Of a stretch of 56,965 bases of DNA, positions 37,301 through 43,300 are shown one piece after another. Both the position numbers and the translations under genes were made by a program. This stretch comes from a virus (taxonomy: Duplodnaviria > Caudoviricetes), in IMG/VR virus record IMGVR_UViG_3300015200_000003, positions 1 to 56,965 of that record; one strand, 5' to 3'. Each line of letters opens with the position of its first letter. The first letter of the stretch is position 1. The notes below the pieces were generated by a model. The model was given only the letters and a program-made list of their open reading frames with translations. It was not told where the DNA came from and ran no database searches.

Positions 37301-40300
37301 CGCCAGCCTGGGCAACGAGTTCGGTCCACAGGGCGAACTGAACGCGTGGCTTGAACACATGAAGATGTTCACGCCGCTGGCGATGCGGGCCGCCTCCACC
37401 GAACTGCGCGGCCAGAACAGCTGGACCAACTACCTGCCAGCGAACGCCCCGATGCCGCTGCCTGACCGACCGTTCGCGGACCAGAAGGCGTTCCTGCTGC
37501 CGCCCTGGGCGACCAACGTCCCTGAGGTGTACCCAGAGGCCGGTCCCAGCCGTGCGACCGAGGGACCGGTCACCGAGACCCGCCAGAAGGTCGAGTACGA
37601 AGCGGCCCAGTTTGGCAGGCTGCAGAACCTGGATGAGGTGGCGGTCATCCACTTCTCCCCAGAAGGCAACACCGCGACTGCCAGCTTGACACTGGGTGAT
37701 CCGTCAGCGGCTGACCTGGTGGCGGATGCGTTCGAGGAGACGGGCTGGCACGTCGAGACGCGACCGGTTGAGGGCGGGGTCGAGGTCTTTGTGGCGGCCC
37801 GCGACACCCGCTACGCCGAGGGGCGTGAGCGGATCGATCAGATCGTTGAGACGCTGTCTGGGCGCGGTGTGGATGTCACGCCATCGCACGCCTTGGCAGA
37901 TCTGGTAACATTTGGGCCAGGAGATTACGATGCCATTATCCGACGCGGACCGGGAGAGTTTGAGGCTGGAGTTGCGGGAAGTGCTGTCGCGACGGCTGTC
38001 CCCGGAGGAGTTGGCACGGGGACAGGCCAACTCGGAACAAACACGTCAGGAACAGGATCCGCAGACGCGCTCGGTGATCGGGATACCCCGCAGCTAGCTG
38101 GCCCGTCGGCCATGGCGTCCCAGCCAGCCGACCCGGAGTTGGTTGAGCGGGCCGTTGCTGAGTTCGGGCTGACCGAAGATCCAGCCGAGGCGTTCTACGT
38201 CCTGCCTGACGGGCGGATGCTCAACGCTAGCCTGCCTGGTCGCGCCGGTCGTCGTATCGACCACGACCAGATCCTGCGGGCCTACGACGGCGAGGGCGAT
38301 GACCGCGTCGAGCGCCGCCCCAGGAGCGCGGGCGAGCGACTGAACTACACGTCGTACGTTGACGACTTCCTGGAGCGCACCGGTGCGATGCGGTGGAGCC
38401 TGGGATATCCGTCAGGGTCGCTTCGTGCATCGGTTGCGCACCCGCCCACGCGATCCCAGCAAGATCTCGTATTGGCGGAAGCACGCTACGTCGATGAGGT
38501 GGTGTTTGAGCAGCCAGGGGTGGACCCGTCGGCTACGCAGTACGACATGCCACAGGATAGAGGCCGCTTGGCCACCGATGTTCGTCGTGGTGGTGCTGCG
38601 CCGCTAGGTCCGTCCGCGATGGCGTCGGCCCTTCCTGACGACTCACGTCTTGATGCGGCGATACGCGGGACGGCAGGGGTTCACCGCACACCAAACGGAA
38701 TCCGCGTCGAACACGCCGCCCGTATGCAGACAGAAGAGCAAGGTGGGCAACCCGCCCTGCGTCCCCTGCACTACCTGTTGAGCGCTGAGGACGCACGAGA
38801 GTACTACACCTACGATCCTTCGGTTGCAGGGTTGCAGGCTGCTGGTGGCGGCGTCCTGATTGATGTCCCGAAGCTGCTGCGACGGCCATATGTCGTGGAG
38901 ACGGAGCAGTACGTCGCAGCGCAAGCCCTGTGGGATCTGTTCCCAGCCGCTCCTGACGGAAACGGGACTGTCGTTGATGCTGATCTTCGTGCTGTTCTTG
39001 ACCCGTTCAATGCGAGCGGATACGAGGTAACGCCTGAACTCCAGCAAGCGACCGCCGCTCTCGCGCAGCGGTACGGCCTGGACGACGGGTATACGGACAC
39101 GCTGCTGGGCATCGCGTCCAGGTTGTCGCCCGCGCAACGGTCACCCTTCATCTATGACGCCCTGGCCGAAGAGATTGCTGGGGCCGAGTTGCGCCGACAA
39201 GGTTATGACTCAATTATCGGTGTGAGTGAAGCCACCGGCTCCTGGGTGATCTCTGAAATCGCTGACTTGCAAGAGGCGGCGAGTCCGATCCCGGGGCGAC
39301 CGCCGTTCCTGCGCCCCGAGTACCAACAGGCAGGGCCGTCCGCGATGGCGTCCGACCGCCCGTTCGGCGGGTCTGCCAGCGCCTACCACGCTGCCGTCAT
39401 CCAGCAGTCCCCCACCCTCCAGGCCGCAGCCGCCGAGTCCGCCGCCACCCTCCGAGACAACCTAGCCGACGCGCTCTCCGAAGACGAACTGTTCAGCTTC
39501 GGGGTAGACGAGCGCGACCAGCGGGTTATCGACGGATTTGCGCAGTTCTATACCAGCGCGGTCATTGGTCTCGCCGCGAACGATGCTGAGCGGCTCGACT
39601 CCATCGGGCTGACGCCAGCCCAGGCGGAAGTCGAGCGCGAGCGGGCGCTCGATCTGCTCGGGACCAATGAGCGGATGACGGCGCTGTACGAGGCCGAGGC
39701 GGCCTGGTCCGTCCTTGCTGGGCCAGCCTACGGTGAGCGGCTGGGACCGTCAGCGATGGCGGCCACAGGGCCACCGAAACTGGCCGAGCCGTTCTTCTCG
39801 CCGCTGCTCCGTCACACGGGCAACTTGCCCGAGATCATGACGGGCGTCGATGAGGTTCGCACCCCCGACAGGACCGTGCCGGAGCGCGTCGTCCGCCGCG
39901 CCAACACGATCCGCCCAGGCGAGACCCCGAGACCGAACCGTGACGGCACGGTAACGACCGTGGTCGCGCCTAACGGCGACTGGGTCCAGCCGGAGCGCAC
40001 CCTGCCTGGCGAGGTGACGCCCGCTATGACCCCTGGTCAGCAGGCGCTGGCGATCCTGGTCGAGGCCGGTGCCAAGCCAGACGAACTGACCTGGACGGGG
40101 CTGCGGCAGTGGCTGACCCAGCACACGGGCGAGCAGCTGACTCGCGTGGAGGTGTCCGACTACCTTCAGGACAACCAGGTGCAGATCGAGGAGGTGTTGT
40201 ACGAAGGGAGGGACGCGCGCTGGGCTGGCCCCGACTATGACCTCCTCACGCCAGGCGGCGAGAACCAACGCGAATTGCTGCTGACGTTGCCGCAGTCAGC

Positions 40301-43300
40301 CGTAGCAGACGCCAATGATCGCGCCGTTGCCGCCCTGGAGGCCGAGGTCGCAGCACTCGGCCTGCCGACCAACACGACGGAAGACCGGATCAAGGAGGCC
40401 GGCGGCACCGAGGATCTAGCCAAGCGCTGGACCCGTTTCAAGCTGTACGGCGACATCGGGTTGCCGTACGACGCCTTCAGAAGCAGCCACTGGGAGGATC
40501 CGAACGTCGTAGTCTGGGTCCGCTTCAATGAACGTATCGACGCTGACGGCAAGCGGGTGCTGTTCATTGAGGAAGTCCAGAGCGACTGGCACCAGACCGG
40601 CCGCAAGGGGGGCTACGCCGGTGCACCGCGCGCCCTGACAGCAGCAGAGGCGTCGGAGCGCGAGGCGTTGCGAGAGCGCCTGAAGGCGATCCAGGCGGAG
40701 CAGCGCCAGATCAATGAGCAGTACCTGGCGGATATCCCGCTCTGGAGCGCGGCGGCGGCGAATGCACTGCCGCGCGATGCACGCGCGCGCCGCGATGCAC
40801 TCCACCGCGAAGGTGTTGATGCCAACGTCCGCCTGGCTACGCTGGGAAACATGGAGAAAGGGATTGGTGCCGTCCCTGACGCCCCGTGGAAGGCCACCCC
40901 AGCCTGGACCGGGCTGGCCATGCGGCGGATGATCCGATGGGCGGCCGAGAACGGGTTCGAGCGGATCGCCTGGACGACGGGTGACCAGCAGAACAAGCGC
41001 AGCAGCCTCACCAAGCACATCAGCGCCGTCGCGTACAGTGGGTCCGACTTCCGCGCCTGGAACCACGATGGAGAGGAAGTCATCAGCCAGACCGGCGTCC
41101 GCGAGGAAGACCTCCCCAAGTACCTGGGTGAGGAGGTAGCCGCACGGCTGCTGGCCCAGCCGCCCGAAGGGACACTGCGTCGTCTGCATGGGCTGCAACT
41201 GGAGACCGGCGGCAAGCCGATGCGCGACTTCTACGACCAGATCCTGCCTGGTGTCGCGGAGGACATCGGTAAGACCTGGGGCGTCAAGGTCACGACGACC
41301 ATCCTGCCCGCCCCCGAGGGCCAGGATCCGTACATCCAGGATCGTGGCGGTTGGTATTCGGTTCACGACAGCGACGATAAAGAGATCGAGCAGTTCGACC
41401 GAGAGGATCAGGCCGAGGCGTACCTGGAAGACCACTGGTGGGATATGGTGGCCGGTCAGCCCGCCGAAGTCCACGCCATGGACCTACCGCCGCTGATGCT
41501 GCGGTCTGCCCTGGAAGAGGGCCAGCCGATGTTCATGGCCAGCGGTCGTCCTGAGCCTGAGGGGATGCTGCCGCTCTGGGACGAGATGGACTCGCCCGAC
41601 GTGCTGGACCAGGAGATCATCGACGCCATCGAAGCCTACTCCGCCGGCATGGAGATCGATGACCCCAACGCCCTGCCGCGCACCGACGGGCCTGAGCAGA
41701 TCGGCCTGATCCTGCCGACCCCCGAGCCGCCCGTGCGCCCCGAGGATATGCCGACCCCGGACCCCATGCTGGGACCAGCCCTGCCAGGCGCAGCCGTGCC
41801 AGACATGTCTCTGCTGGGGCCGGTCTATCCCGACGACATGAACCTGGATCAATTCCCAGAGTGGGCGCAGGGAATGCTCCAGCTGGGTGACTGGGCCGAC
41901 CCAGGGCAGCTACCCGGGACTAAGAGCGAGATCGATGACGTACTCGACCTGGTGGCGAACGGGGGGCAAAAGGGGCTGCTCAACGCCCAGGAGCAGAAGG
42001 TGTTGGCCGCCGCCATCCTGCTGCAGTGGGCGCGGCTGAAGCGGGCGACGGAGCAGACGACGGAAGGCAACCTCTCGCCGTACGGTGCCGCCAAGGTCGT
42101 GGAGGAGTCCCGTCGGTACACCGCGTTGCGTGGCCTCGCGGCCCTCCCGCGCGCGCAATGGCCGGTGCTGGCCGAGGTCTGGCAGTCGTCTCCGATCACG
42201 CAGGGTGAAGGCCAGACGCTTGAAGACTTCCTGCAGGCGCAGAACGTGGCCCGCTCGGCTGGGGATACCGAGGGCGAGAAGCAGGCCCAGCAGGCGGCGA
42301 TTCAGCGGACGGCGAAACTGGCTGGCGGGTCGAGTAGCCGGAAGTTCGGGATCGGCCCGACCCGTCCGAGTGACGAGGCGCAGAAGGCGCGGAAGCTGGG
42401 TGCGGCCGTGGCGGGGGCGATCAATTCGCCAACCACCAATCCGTCGAACGCGGGTGCGGCGCTGGCCGACGCTGACCTGTCGGTCTCTCCCGTCGAGTTC
42501 TTGCTGGCGATGCGCTACAACAACGTGCTGCTCGGGCCGAGAGGCATCCTGGTGGACTACGTCACCAACTCGGGGATGCTGTTCGGCAAGATGATGGCTG
42601 ACCCGTTCCTGCTGACTGCCTCCGAGGGGGTGGTCAACCCGGTTGCCTGGGCCGCCATCAACGCTGCCGAGTACGCGGCGCTCGCGCGGGCGGTCCCGCT
42701 GATGATGGCCCGCATCGGACGGACGCTGATGACGGGCGTCTCGGATCTCGAATCCGAGGTGACGGGTACCCCGCGCACGATCAGCGGGCGGTTCGGGCGA
42801 CGGATCGAGATGGCTCAGGACGAAGGTGTTCACTGGTACGAGCCGAGGATGCTGGCCCTCCAGACCAGTCGGGTCGCGGCGATCACCTTCGCTGAGGCGG
42901 CAGGGCGGCTGAAGTCGATTGCCGACGTGGGGATCAAGGAACTGGCGTTTGGGATGGAGCAGACCCGGCAGGCTGCCATCATGGCCTACCGTGAGGGGAA
43001 CCACAAGGTCGGCTCGAAGGCGTGGCACGCCCGTGTCGCGGAGATCCTGGCGGGCAACATCAACCCGCAGGCGAAGACCCGTGAAGAGAAGGCGGCGGCC
43101 CAGAACACCTACGAGCAGATGCTGGCGAACAGCAAGCGAGAGGCCGAGCGCACCACCTTCCAGGGACCGATGGGGCAGCTGGGGCGGATGATGGAGCCGC
43201 TCCAGCGCCACCCACTCGGGCAGTTCGTCCTGATGTTCCTGCGGGCGCTCTACCACATCCAGCACTGGGCGATTGACCTCTCCCCCATCGGGGCGATGGC

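Noticed and set aside
38359-38607. Fourth nested +1-frame ORF ending at CTA-G beside a GPSAM
   Set aside because: The stop context matches the others, but there is no clear SD/start and the product is not protein-like.
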